Assembly: GCA_964016885.1 (NCBI GenBank)
Contig: OZ024745.1
Location: 88,722,001-88,786,000 of the forward strand
Length of the DNA: 64,000 nt
Source: Eledone cirrhosa
Lineage: Eukaryota
Direction: 5' to 3'
This document shows, piece by piece, positions 40,101 to 57,081 of this stretch. How positions within the stretch are numbered: the stretch's first letter is position 1; each line of letters starts with the position of its first letter. Below the pieces are notes generated by a model. The model worked only from the letters and a program-made list of their open reading frames with translations. It made no database searches and was not told where the DNA came from. Made by a program: the position numbers and the translations under genes.

Positions 40101-42046
40101 ATTATTTTGTTTGTGATGATAATGTTTTTGAGAATTATGTTCGTCTTGTGTATTATCTTTTGGTTCTGTTTGGAGTTCTGGATCTTAGGGAGGGTGTCTC
40201 GTTGCCCCATGTCAGATTCTTTCATTTTCATCCATTCGATCATAATTTCATCCTTCAAGTTGGCAAGTTCGTTCTCATTCATTTCTTTATCATTTACGAT
40301 CTCATTATTTTCATTTGGAGTTTCATCCTGAGCATGCACTCCCTCCACTTTTTCGATCATTTCTTTAATTTGTTCTTATGCCAGTGATTCCGCCCCAACC
40401 CTGGGATTCGAAGTGTTACAGTTTACCTCGTTTTCACTGACACATGTTTCATTTTCCCTTCGCTGACTTTGTGCTAATAGCTTGATCTGATCAATTTCTA
40501 TATCAGTTAGTAACTTTTTTCTTACAATATTTCTTCGTATATTGGCTAGTTTGTTACTGTCAATATAGCCTCTGTTTTCGGGATGTTTCTTTTTCCAGTT
40601 GATATATGTCTGTTCTGTATTCGATGTATTTGATGGGTAGTACATGGCAGTGTAGAAAGCCTCAAGGACTTCTTTATTATCTTCCCTTGACCATTTTTCT
40701 CTCTTTTTCTTTGGATTTCTTGGTGGTGAGCATGGAGGGCCAACAGTAGTAGTATTCCGGTTATGGGAGGTCTCCAGCTACGAAGTGATGGGAAGGTTTG
40801 AACCATTAGCTGATTTTTCGACCCCAGTCTGGTTCCTCTCTGAGGGACGCGGCCCTTTTTTACCCGGGTGACGGCCGATCCGGTATGAGATTTTATCATT
40901 AGACATTTACTTTATTTTGTCGCATTTTATCCTTATCCGCCAAGGGGTAATCATTTCGTGAACGAGTGTCAACCAAGACTAGAGGGATCGTTCTCCCCTA
41001 GAGACACGGCTATTCCCCGCCGGCCGCCATCCCGGTATTTCTTGGTCACGGGGTTTTCTTTTTGTTGTTTTTTTAAATTGTTATTATCATGAGCGGTTCC
41101 TTAATGTGAGCATTGCGTGGCTTAAGAATGAAATTATTAATAACTGTCTCCACTCCAGGCACAAGGCCAGCAATCACCCAGTGCATTACAATAATATAAT
41201 ATACTTTTTGTTGTAGTTGGCTGTTATTGTTGTTGGCTATGTCGGTGGTGGTGCCGGGGCTTTTTATATTGTTGGTGAGGAAGGGGTGAGCCAGCAGTCC
41301 CATAGTTGTTGATGTTGACGTTTGGCCATGGGCCAGGTCACTAAGTCAATCTATTTATATCTTTTGCTAGCCTCTCCCTTGTCTAGTGATACCGCCACCT
41401 TCCCCTTTCTCTCTCAAGTTAACAGGGGAATAGTGGTGGTAGCATTGAAGGAGTGGTGGCGGCGGGGAGATGTGGGAGACAGTAGCGGCGGTATCGATAC
41501 TTAGACAGTGGTGGTGGTGATGTCGATACCGAGGCAGTGGTGGTGGTGATGTGATCGTTTTACTGTAGTGATGGTGTTGTAGCGGTGGTAGCAATGAAGG
41601 AGTGGTGGCGGCTGTGATGGCATAGTGGTGGTAATGATGGCAGTAGTGAGTGGTGGTGGTGGTGAAATTGCCGTTATCTGGCTGTTGTGTTTAGTGTACA
41701 CAGAGAGGTGATTGGGTAGGTGTTGTATCTAGTTTCTGGTGTTGGTGAGATTGGTGTTGTTTGGCTGTTCTATATAGCGTAGACAGAGGAGGGGGGGGGG
41801 ATTCTTCTTCCATTTATAGCCATTTTCTTTTGTGAATATACAATGTACAATACAAAGTTGAATATTTGAATATTTGAGCCTTATAACAATATATTTTGGG
41901 TACGAATTTTTTGGGGCTCAAGCCGGATGCTTTACGTAGCATTTGTACTAAGAGTTGTTATTTCACAAATGATTTAAATATGTTAAAAATTCAAAACTCA
42001 CGGGAGCGATTTCATGACCTTCCGCCACCTCGGGCGTCTTCTTCCC
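37113..42046 (-). mobile_element. Near full-length R4/Dong family B retrotransposon (frameshifted)
   Basis: ORF pieces from 40899 to 37258: N-terminal Myb-like region, WKSPGKD, NYRPITCL, GIFQGDSLSP, YMDD, CRVC..HIISMC and PDIILKD..LIDMSVP..EKLSKF. The 3' tail is (TAA)n. The 5' limit is inferred from homology to the family A terminus. Confidence 0.88.
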
Positions 42047-42114
42047 TTCTTCTTCTTCTTCTTCTTCTTCTTCTTCTTCTTCTTCTTCTTCTTCTTTTCT
42101 TCTTCTTCTTCTTC

Positions 42115-42204
<90 letters not shown>

Positions 42205-42206
<2 letters not shown>

Positions 42207-45200
42207 GTTATTGTTATTCCTTGAATCTCAGTCATTGATGTTGGTTAACTGGAAAGTCCGTTGGATTGAATATCAAGCCACTACCTGCAGCCTCAGATAT
42301 TCAGGACGTATCGGAGGGTTCTTGCTGTTCCAAGCAAGCATGCCTTTTGAAGCGTTCCAAAAAGCGTGAAGGGGCCGATTTTCTTTAACCATCCCTGGAA
42401 ACTTTTGGAGATAGTCCCCAGTGCGCCTATGACAATCGGGATCACTTTGACTTCATGGCAGTTCCAAATCCTTTTCACCTCCCACTTTAGGTCCTGGTAT
42501 CGGTTAATTTTCTCCCTCTCCTTCTCTTGCACTCTCGTGTCGAACGGGCAGGCCACATCCACAATCAGGCACAATCTTTTTTCTTTGTCCACAACCACCA
42601 GGTCAGGTCTATTGTGTTCCAGTTTTTTGTCCGTCTGTATCCTAAAATCCCACAGCACCTTCACCTGATTGTTCTCCATCACCGCCTCTGGCCTATGCTC
42701 ATACCATTTCTCAGAATGTGGTAGATTGTTTACTTTGCACAGGTGCCAGTGGATCACCCTGCCCATCACATCGTGTCTCCAGCCCTTATAGTGGGTCTGG
42801 GCTAGGTGTTTACACTCGGACACAATGTGAGCCACAGTCTCCTCTCTCTCTCCACAGATCCTGCACAGTGGGCTAGCCTCCTCCTTGTAGATATGGTGCT
42901 TCAACCACTTCGTTTTGAGGGCCTGCTCCTGCGCAGCCATTAGCATTCCTTCTGTAGCCTTTTTGAGGTCTCCTCTTCTCAACCAGTTCCATGTCTGTGG
43001 ATCTCTAAATTCAGTTTTCTCAAAGAAGGTACTATGAAGGGATTTTCCCTTAAGGCTGCTCTTCCTCCTTGATGTTATTTCCTCCTTGGGCATCCCCTGG
43101 CCTTCTGTCCCCTCCTTCAGTACAGTTCTGAGCATTGGCTCCTTACTATAGGTCACGTATTTGTATAGGTTGTTTTTCTCCATCTGAACACAGTCCTCTA
43201 TGCTGATAAGACCTCTTCCACCCTCAGATCTCCTTAGGTAGAGTCTATCGACATCACTCCTCTTGTGGAACATGTTGTAGGTAGTCAATAGCTTCCTAGT
43301 CTTCCTATCCATTTCTTTTTGTTCAGCAACATTCCATCTCAGAATTCCCGCACTGTACCTAATAATAGACACAGCTCGGGAATTTACTGCGCTTATGGCA
43401 TTTCTGCTGTTCAGATGTGACTTCAATACGCTCCTTACTCTCCGAATGTATTCAGTTCTTAACAATTCCTTCATTTTTTTGTTCTTTATGCCATCAGCCT
43501 CCAGAACGCCCAAATACTTGTATCCTTCCTCAGAGTCAATTTCCTTTATCATCTCACCTGTTGGTATCTAGATCCCGTTACTTCAGCTCAACCTACCCCT
43601 CTTCATCACAATGACTCCACATTCACCAATACCAAACTGCATACATATATCACTGCTGAAAATACGGACAGTGTCAACAAGCACATCCAACTCCTTCTCA
43701 CTTTTCCCGAAGAGCTTAAGATCATCCATGAAGAGGAGGTGATTGATGGTAAGCTCTCCCCTTCCCAACTTGTATCCTGCTCTCACTTTTCGCAGCATAA
43801 TGGTCAAGGGCATCAGGGCAAGGACAAACAACAGAGGGGACAGGCTATCTCCCTGGAAGATACCTCTCTTGATCGTCACGCTTCCCAAGGATACTCCAGT
43901 TGATGTCAACTCTGTCTCCCAGGACCCCATACTCCTGCCTAGCAACTGTCTGATGTTATCTGCCACCCTGAAGATCTCCAGGCTTTTGGTGATCCAGGAA
44001 TGGGGCACCATGTCAAATTCCTTTCTGTAGTCTATCCATCCCATGGCAAGATCAGTGTGTCTCCTCCTGCAATTCCCCATTACCATCTTATCAATAAGCA
44101 ACTGGTCCTTTGTACTGCGTGACTTCTTTCGGCATCCTTTCTGTTCGTCCGGTAACAAGTTGTTTGTGTGGAGGTGATGGTAGATTTCCTCAGACACAAT
44201 GCTCGTCAACAGTTTCCACATTACGGACAGACATGTGATAGGTCTATAGTTGGTAACACCATTACCCTTGATTCGGTCTTTCATTATCAGAACTGTGGTA
44301 CCTTTTGTCAACCACTCTGGCACCTCACCCGACACCAAGCAGTCATTGAACATGGCCGTCAGCTTCGGGTGGAGGGATGTTAAATGTTTAATCCAATACC
44401 CCTGCACACCATCTGGGCCTGGTGATTTCCAGTTGGTTAGTTTTTTGGCTTGCCCCTTAAGAGTTTCAACTGTGATACTCAAATCAGTCTGTTGTTGTGC
44501 CTGCTCACCGATCTCCCTCTGCACTGTCTCAATCCACCCTGCCTGGGCATTGTGTCTAACATCCTGCTCCCATAATCCTCTCCAGAATGTTTTAGTTTGT
44601 TCCGCCCCAGGGATCAAGTCGTTGCCTCTTTCTTTCCCCTCAAGCTGTCCAAACAGCATCTTCTGGTTGTTGTCGAACATGCGGTTCTGTTTATACTGAC
44701 TGACTCTGTTCTCGTATCGCCTGATTTTTGCACTCTTTTGTTACATAGCCATCTGTGGATCCGCCATCCCACTTGGCCCTTGTGTGGCATTATCACCACG
44801 CTGTATACGGACGCACATAAACAAACAAACACACGGGCAGAAAGGGCCCCAAAAATGAATAAGCATAAGTTTCATTGTAATGTAGTATTCGAATGTCTGA
44901 CTTAGTTTTTGTTTTTTAAGTTTTACTTTTTCCCCCCTCTTCTCTGTCCGTCCGCCTGCTTCTCTCTTCATTCTTATTTTCTTTACGTTTTTGGGGTTTC
45001 TTTTTTTGTTTTTGTTTTTCTCTGTTTTTCTCGTTTTTTACTGTTGTTGCTGTGCTGCTTTTGTTGTTTGTTTTTTCTTTTTTCTTTTGAGTCTATCTAT
45101 ATATTTTGATGCCTTCCTCTTTGTTAGTAGTAGGAATTCTATAATGTGGAAGTGGTAGCCAGCAGAGACTGGCGGCGTTGGCGATACTGAGACAGTGGTG

Positions 45201-46054
45201 GTGGTGATGTCGATACCGAGGCAGTGGTGGCGGTGATGCGACCGTATTACTGTAGTGATGGTGCTGTAGCGGTGGCAGCAGCAGTGAAGGAGTCAGGGGG
45301 TGGTGGCGGCGGTGTTGGGATAGTGGTGGTAATGATGGCCGTAGTGAGCGGTGGCGGTGAAGGTGAAAATGCTGTTGTGTTTAGTGTACACAGATGATGG
45401 GGTGGGTGGTGTATCTAGTTTCTGGTGTTGGTGAGTTTCGCTGTCCTATATAGTGTAGCCAGAGGAGAGGAGGGGGGGGGGGGGTTCTTCTTCTTCCATT
45501 TATAGCCATTTTATTTTTTTTTTGGATATACAGTGTACAATACAAAGTTGAATATTTGAATATTTGAGCCGTATTACTGTAGTGATGGTGCTGTAGCGGT
45601 GGCAGCAGCAGTGAAGGAGTCAAGGGGTGGTGGCGGCGGTGATGGGATAGTGGTGGTAATGATGGCCGTAGTGAGCGGTGGCGGTGAAGGTGAAAATGCT
45701 GTTGTGTTTAGTGTACACAGATGATGGGGTGGGTGGTGTATCTAGTTTCTGGTGTTGGTGAGTTTAGCTGTCCAATATAGTGTAGCCAGAGGAGAGGAGG
45801 GGGGGGGGGTTCTTCTTCTTCCATTTATAGCCATTTTTTTTGGATATACAGTGTACAATACAAAGTTGAATATTTGAATATTTGAGCCTTATAACAATAT
45901 ATTTTGGGTCCGAATTTTTTGGGGGCTCAAGCCGGGTGCTTTACGTAGCATTTGTACTAAGAGTTGTTATTTCACAAATGATTTAAATATGTTAAAAATT
46001 CAAAACTTACGGGAGCGATTTCATGACCTCCGTCACCTCGTGCGTCTTCTTCCC
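42205..46054 (-). mobile_element. R4/Dong family A copy 1 (N-terminal ~1-kb deletion, in-frame stop at ~43568)
   Basis: ORFs 43583-44680 (RT, FMDD) and 42293-43552 (CCHC + RLE). Deletion junction at ~44740. Confidence 0.95.
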
Positions 46055-46057
46055 TTA

Positions 46058-46091
<34 letters not shown>

Positions 46092-46125
46092 CATTATTTT
46101 CATTGCTGTTGTTGCTTCTTTTTTT

Positions 46126-46194
<69 letters not shown>

Positions 46195-46197
<3 letters not shown>

Positions 46198-47018
46198 GTT
46201 ATTGTTATTCCTTGAATCTCAGTCATTGATGTTGGTTAACTGGAAAGTCCGTTGGATTGAATATCAAGCCACTACCTGCAGCCTCAGATATTCAGGACGT
46301 ATCGGAGGGTTCTTGCCGTTCCAAGCAAGCATGCCTTTTGAAGCGTTCCAAAAAGCGTGAAGGGGCCGATTTTCTTTAACCATCCCTGGAAACTTTTGGA
46401 GATAGTGGTGGTAGCATTGAAGGAGTGGTGGCGGCGGGGAGATGTGGGAGACAGTAGCGGCGGTATCGATACTTAGACAGTGGTGGTGGTGATGTCGATA
46501 CCGAGGCAGTGGTGGTGGTGATGTGATCGTTTTACTGTAGTGATGGTGTTGTAGCGGTGGTAGCAATGAAGGAGTGGTGGCGGCTGTGATGGCATAGTGG
46601 TGGTAATGATGGCAGTAGTGAGTGGTGGTGGTGGTGAAATTGCCGTTATCTGGCTGTTGTGTTTAGTGTACACAGAGAGGTGATTGGGTAGGTGTTGTAT
46701 CTAGTTTCTGGTGTTGGTGAGATTGGTGTTGTTTGGCTGTTCTATATAGCGTAGACAGAGGAGGGGGGGGGGGTTCTTCTTCCATTTATAGCCATTTTCT
46801 TTTGTGAATATACAATGTACAATACAAAGTTGAATATTTGAATATTTGAGCCTTATAACAATATATTTTGGGTACGAATTTTTTGGGGCTCAAGCCGGAT
46901 GCTTTACGTAGCATTTGTACTAAGAGTTGTTATTTCACAAATGATTTAAATATGTTAAAAATTCAAAACTCACGGGAGCGATTTCATGACCTTCCGCCAC
47001 CTCGTGCGTCTTCTTCCC
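46195..47018 (-). mobile_element. Chimeric mini-element: family-B-type 5' region fused to the last ~200 bp of family A
   Basis: 46402-47018 matches 41430-42046 and 46195-46406 matches 42205-42416, with ATAGT microhomology at the junction. Confidence 0.85.
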
Positions 47019-47086
47019 TTCTTCTTCTTCTTCTTCTTCTTCTTCTTCTTCTTCTTCTTCTTCTTTTCTTCTTCTTCTTCTTCTTC

Positions 47087-51035
<3,949 letters not shown>

Positions 51036-51038
51036 TTA

Positions 51039-51072
<34 letters not shown>

Positions 51073-51106
51073 CATTATTTTCATTGCTGTTGTTGCTTCT
51101 TTTTTT

Positions 51107-51169
<63 letters not shown>

Positions 51170-51172
<3 letters not shown>

Positions 51173-51991
51173 GTTATTGTTATTCCTTGAATCTCAGTCA
51201 TTGATGTTGGTTAACTGGAAAGTCCGTTGGATTGAATATCAAGCCACTACCTGCAGCCTCAGATATTCAGGACGTATCGGAGGGTTCTTGCCGTTCCAAG
51301 CAAGCATGCCTTTTGAAGCGTTCCAAAAAGCGTGAAGGGGCCGATTTTCTTTAACCATCCCTGGAAACTTTTGGAGATAGTGGTGGTAGCATTGAAGGAG
51401 TGGTGGCGGCGGGGAGATGTGGGAGACAGTAGCGGCGGTATCGATACTTAGACAGTGGTGGTGGTGATGTCGATACCGAGGCAGTGGTGGTGGTGATGTG
51501 ATCGTTTTACTGTAGTGATGGTGTTGTAGCGGTGGTAGCAATGAAGGAGTGGTGGCGGCTGTGATGGCATAGTGGTGGTAATGATGGCAGTAGTGAGTGG
51601 TGGTGGTGGTGAAATTGCCGTTATCTGGCTGTTGTGTTTAGTGTACACAGAGAGGTGATTGGGTAGGTGTTGTATCTAGTTTCTGGTGTTGGTGAGATTG
51701 GTGTTGTTTGGCTGTTCTATATAGCGTAGACAGAGGAGGGGGGGGATTCTTCTTCCATTTATAGCCATTTTCTTTTGTGAATATACAATGTACAATACAA
51801 AGTTGAATATTTGAATATTTGAGCCTTATAACAATATATTTTGGGTACGAATTTTTTGGGGCTCAAGCCGGATGCTTTACGTAGCATTTGTACTAAGAGT
51901 TGTTATTTCACAAATGATTTAAATATGTTAAAAATTCAAAACTCACGGGAGCGATTTCATGACCTTCCGCCACCTCGTGCGTCTTCTTCCC
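51170..51991 (-). mobile_element. Second copy of the chimeric mini-element
   Basis: Near-identical to 46195-47018. Confidence 0.85.
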
Positions 51992-52089
51992 TTCTTCTTC
52001 TTCTTCTTCTTCTTCTTCTTCTTCTTCTTCTTCTTCTTCTTCTTCTTCTTCTTCTTCTTCTTTTCTTCTTCTTCTTCTTCTTCTTCTTC

Positions 52090-52176
<87 letters not shown>

Positions 52177-52178
<2 letters not shown>

Positions 52179-55100
52179 GTTATTGTTATTCCTTGAATCT
52201 CAGTCATTGATGTTGGTTAACTGGAAAGTCCGTTGGATTGAATATCAAGCCACTACCTGCAGCCTCAGATATTCAGGACGTATCGGAGGGTTCTTGCTGT
52301 TCCAAGCAAGCATGCCTTTTGAAGCGTTCCAAAAAGCGTGAAGGGGCCGATTTTCTTTAACCATCCCTGGAAACTTTTGGAGATAGTCCCCAGTGCGCCT
52401 ATGACAATCGGGATCACTTTGACTTCATGGCAGTTCCAAATCCTTTTCACCTCCCACTTTAGGTCCTGGTATCGGTTAATTTTCTCCCTCTCCTTCTCTT
52501 GCACTCTCGTGTCGAACGGGCAGGCCACATCCACAATCAGGCACAATCTTTTTTCTTTGTCCACAACCACCAGGTCAGGTCTATTGTGTTCCAGTTTTTT
52601 GTCCGTCTGTATCCTAAAATCCCACAGCACCTTCACCTGATTGTTCTCCATCACCGCCTCTGGCCTATGCTCATACCATTTCTCAGAATGTGGTAGATTG
52701 TTTACTTTGCACAGGTGCCAGTGGATCACCCTGCCCATCACATCGTGTCTCCAGCCCTTATAGTGGGTCTGGGCTAGGTGTTTACACTCGGACACAATGT
52801 GAGCCACAGTCTCCTCTCTCTCTCCACAGATCCTGCACAGTGGGCTAGCCTCCTCCTTGTAGATATGGTGCTTCAACCACTTCGTTTTGAGGGCCTGCTC
52901 CTGCGCAGCCATTAGCATTCCTTCTGTAGCCTTTTTGAGGTCTCCTCTTCTCAACCAGTTCCATGTCTGTGGATCTCTAAATTCAGTTTTCTCAAAGAAG
53001 GTACTATGAAGGGATTTTCCCTTAAGGCTGCTCTTCCTCCTTGATGTTATTTCCTCCTTGGATATCCCCTGGCCTACTGTCCCCTCCTTCAGTACAGCTC
53101 TGAGCATTGGCTCCTTACTATAGGTCACGTATTTGTATAGGTTGTTTTTCTCCATCTGAACACAGTCCTCTATGCTGATAAGACCTCTTCCACCCTCAGA
53201 TCTCCTTAGGTAGAGTCTATCGACATCACTCCTCTTGTGGAACATGTTGTAGATAGTCAATAGCTTCCTAGTCTTCCTATCCATTTCTTTTTGTTCAGCA
53301 ACATTCCATCTCAGAATTACCGCACTGTACCTAATAATAGACACAGCTCGGGAATTTACTGCGCTTATGGCATTTCTGCTGTTCAGATGTGACTTCAATA
53401 CGCTCCTTACTCTCCGAATGTATTCAGTTCTTAACAATTCCTTCATGTTTTTGTTCTTTATGCCATCAGCCTCCAGAACGCCCAAATACTTGTATCCTTC
53501 CTCAGAGTCAATTTCCTTTATCATCTCACCTGTTGGTATCTGGATCCCGTTACTTCTGCTCAACCTACCCCTCCTCATCACAATGACTCCACATTTACCA
53601 ATACCAAACTGCATACATATATCACTGCTGAAAATACGGACAGTGTCAACAAGCACATCCAACTCCTTCTCACTTTTCCCGAAGAGCTTAAGATCGTCCA
53701 TGAAGAGGAGGTGATTGATGGTAAGCTCTCCCCTTCCCAACTTGTATCCTGCTCTCACTTTTCGCAGCATAATGGTCAAGGGCATCAGGGCAAGGACAAA
53801 CAACAGAGGGGACAGGCTATCTCCCTGGAAGATACCTCTCTTGATCTTCACGCTTCCCAAGGATACTCCAGTTGATGTCAACTCTGTCTCCCAGGACCCC
53901 ATACTCCTGCCCAGCAACTGTCTGATGTTATCTGCCACCCTGAAGATCTCCAGGCTTTTGGTGATCCAGGAATGAGGCACCATGTCAAATGCCTTTCTGT
54001 AGTCTATCCATCCCATGGCAAGATAAGTGTGTCTCCTCCTGCAATTCCCCATTACCATCTTATCAATAAGCAACTGGTCCTTTGTACCACGTGACTTCTT
54101 TCGGCATCCTTTCTGTTCGTCCGGCAACAAGTTGTTTGTGTGGAGGTGATGGTAGATTTCCTCAGACACAATGCTCGTCAACAGTTTCCACATTACGGGC
54201 AGACATGTGATAGGTCTATAGTTGGTAACATCATTACCCTTGATTCGGTCTTTCATTATCAGAACTGTGGTACCTTTTGTCAACCACTCTGGCACCTCAC
54301 CCGACACCAAGCAGTCATTGAACATGGCCGTCAGCTTCGGGTGGAGGGATGTTAAATGTTTAATCCAATACCCCTGCACATCATCTGGGCCTGGTGATTT
54401 CCAGTTGGTTAGTTTTTTGGCTTGCCCCTTAAGAGTTTCAACTGTGATACTCAAATCAGTCTGTTGCTGTGCCTGCTCACCGATCTCCCTCTGCACTGTC
54501 TCAATCCACCCTGCCTGGGCATTGTGTCTAACATCCTGCTCCCATATTCCTCTCCAGAATGTTTTAGCTTGTTCCGCCCCAGGGATCAAGTCGTTGCCTC
54601 TTTCTTTCCCCCTCAAGCTGTCCAAACAGCATCTTCTGGTTCTTGTCGAACATGCGGTTCTGTTTATACTGACTGACTCTGTTCTCGTATCGCCTGATTT
54701 TGGCACTCTTTGCTACAATGCGTTGCTTCAATTCCTCTATGATAATATTTAGCTTTTTACTCCTAGTTTTGTATTTTATTTCCAGTCTATTTTTAGTGCC
54801 TATGTTTTTTAGTGTCCCATTCAGTAGTGACTCAAGCTTTCCTATGTCATTTCTCATTTCCCCGATTTGCCCACTCAGTCGCTTCTTCCACCACGGCTCT
54901 GCTCTTTCTTGTCTGTTGTTTCCTCTCGCTTTTATACCAAGTAGTTTCCTCACCGTATTTGCTGTTGCTTTGAGGATATTGTTGCACTGGTGAAGACTCC
55001 TCGCCTCAAGGTATGGGATGACTTTGTTTACCTTAGCTGTTGTTTCTTTTAACTTTTTCCTGTCTACAAATCTTAGGTTCATAGGTCTCCCACTATCATT

Positions 55101-57031
55101 GTTCAACTCATCTACCACTAAATTTAGGATGTCAACCGAATCTTGTCCTAGCCCGTCAGCATTCATCTCCTCAGTGGCCGTATCTCTGTTCCAGGTATTA
55201 TTTATCTCAGTATTCAGATCATTGTCTGCTTCGGGTGGTTCCTCCGTTCTCAGGACCTCCTCACCTTCATTTCCCGCCGGCTCGCTTGTCTGGCATACTA
55301 CACCCGCCATCTCCAAGCCATTCTCTCTGCTCAGTTCCTCCAGTTCCAGCTCGCTTATCCACCCATTAGTTCTTATTACCCGAGCCTGCCCGGCCAATTT
55401 TTGTTCATCTAATTTAAATAAACCAATCTCGTTCCAGATGTTATGCATCCGTCTCCTGTAGCCCCTCTCCTTGGGGTTACTTTTCAGGTAGCATTGCATA
55501 ACAGTTCTATTCAATTCTTTCGTCCAGTTGGTTCTGGCCCCTTTCCTTCTTCTTCTTCCTCCAACATCAGCAGTATTTGGTTGACAGTCAGGTTCCTGCT
55601 GCTGAGCCAGGGGGCACCTGTTGGGTGAGAGTCTGTCACATGACGTTCTCGTCTCCATTTCACCGTTATTCGAACTGTTTATGTTCGATATTTAAACACT
55701 CTTATCGAGGATTGGCGAATGTATGTTTACATAGCCATCTGTGGATCCGCCATCCCACTTGGCCCTTGTGTGGCATTATCACCACGCTGTATACGGACAC
55801 ACATAAACAAACAAACACACGGGCAGAAAGGGCCCCAAAAATGAATAAGCATAAGTTTCATTGTAATGTAGTATTCGAATGTCTGACTTAGTTTTTATTT
55901 TTTAAGTTTTACTTTTCCCCCCCTTTTCTCTGTCCGTCCGCCTGCTTCTCTCTTCATTCTTATTTTCTTTACGTTTTTGGGGTTTCTTTTTTTGTTTTTG
56001 TTTTTCTCTGTTTGTTTTTCTCGTTTTTTGCTGTTGTTGCTGTGCTGCTTTTGTTGTTTGTTTTTTCTTTTTTCTTTTGAGTCTATCTATATATTTTGAT
56101 GCCTTCCTCTTTGTTAGTAGTAGGAATTCTATAATGTGGAAGTGGCAGCCAGCAGAGACTGGCGGCGTTGGCGATACTGAGACAGTGGTGGTGGTGATGT
56201 CGATACCGAGGCAGTGGTGGCGGTGATGCGACCGTATTACTGTAGTGATGGTGCTGTAGCGGTGGCAGCAGCAGTGAAGGAGTCAAGGGGTGGTGGCGGC
56301 GGTGATGGGATAGTGGTGGTAATGATGGCCGTAGTGAGCGGTGGCGGTGAAGGTGAAAATGCTGTTGTGTTTAGTGTACACAGATGATGGGGTGGGTGGT
56401 GTATCTAGTTTCTGGTGTTGGTGAGTTTCGCTGTCCTATATAGTGTAGCCAGAAGAGAGGAGGGGGGGGTTCTTCTTCTTCCATTTATAGCCATTTTATT
56501 TTTTTTGGATATACAGTGTACAATACAAAGTTGAATATTTGAATATTTGAGCCGTATTACTGTAGTGATGGTGCTGTAGCGGTGGCAGCAGCAGTGAAGG
56601 AGACAAGGGGTGGTGGCGGCGGTGATGGGATAGTGGTGGTAATGATGGCCGTAGTGAGCGGTGGCGGTGAAGGTGAAAATGCTGTTGTGTTTAGTGTACA
56701 CAGATGATGGGGTGGGTGGTGTATCTAGTTTCTGGTGTTGGTGAGTTTAGCTGTCCTATATAGTGTAGCCAGAGGAGGGGGGGGGGTTCTTCTTCTTCCA
56801 TTTATAGCCATTTTTTGGGGGATATACAGTGTACAATACAAAGTTGAATATTTGAATATTTGAGCCTTATAACAATATATTTTGGGTCCGAATTTTTTTG
56901 GGGCTCAAGCCGGGTGCTTTACGTAGCATTTGTACTAAGAGTTGTTATTTCACAAATGATTTAAATATGTTAAAAATTCAAAACTTACGGGAGCGATTTC
57001 ATGACCTCCGTCACCTCGTGCGTCTTCTTCC

Positions 57032-57032
<1 letters not shown>
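52177..57032 (-). mobile_element. Full-length R4/Dong family A retrotransposon (~4.85 kb)
   Basis: Flanked by (TAA)n on both sides. The ~1.37-kb 5' region contains a ~290-bp tandem duplication, and the ORF spans 55658-52265. Confidence 0.92.
52265..55658 (-). CDS. R4/Dong polyprotein (Myb-like N-terminus, RT, CCHC, RLE); ~1130 aa if one frameshift is repaired
   Basis: ORFs 54564-55658 (RTNWTKELN...EQKLAGQARVI) and 52265-54706 overlap at a C5 run (54608-54612) that is C4 in copies 1 and 2. Confidence 0.88.

Positions 57033-57079
<47 letters not shown>

Positions 57080-57081
<2 letters not shown>

Noticed and set aside
56870-56910. Sm-site-like AATTTTTTTGG inside a TTGAGCC/GGCTCAA hairpin, suggesting an snRNA or SL RNA target
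   Set aside because: I recognise no snRNA or SL sequence around it, and T-runs are common here.
56985-57032. HDV-like ribozyme at the extreme 5' end of family A
   Set aside because: A short GGGA/TCCC pairing exists, but P3/L3, P1.1 and J4/2 could not be assigned.
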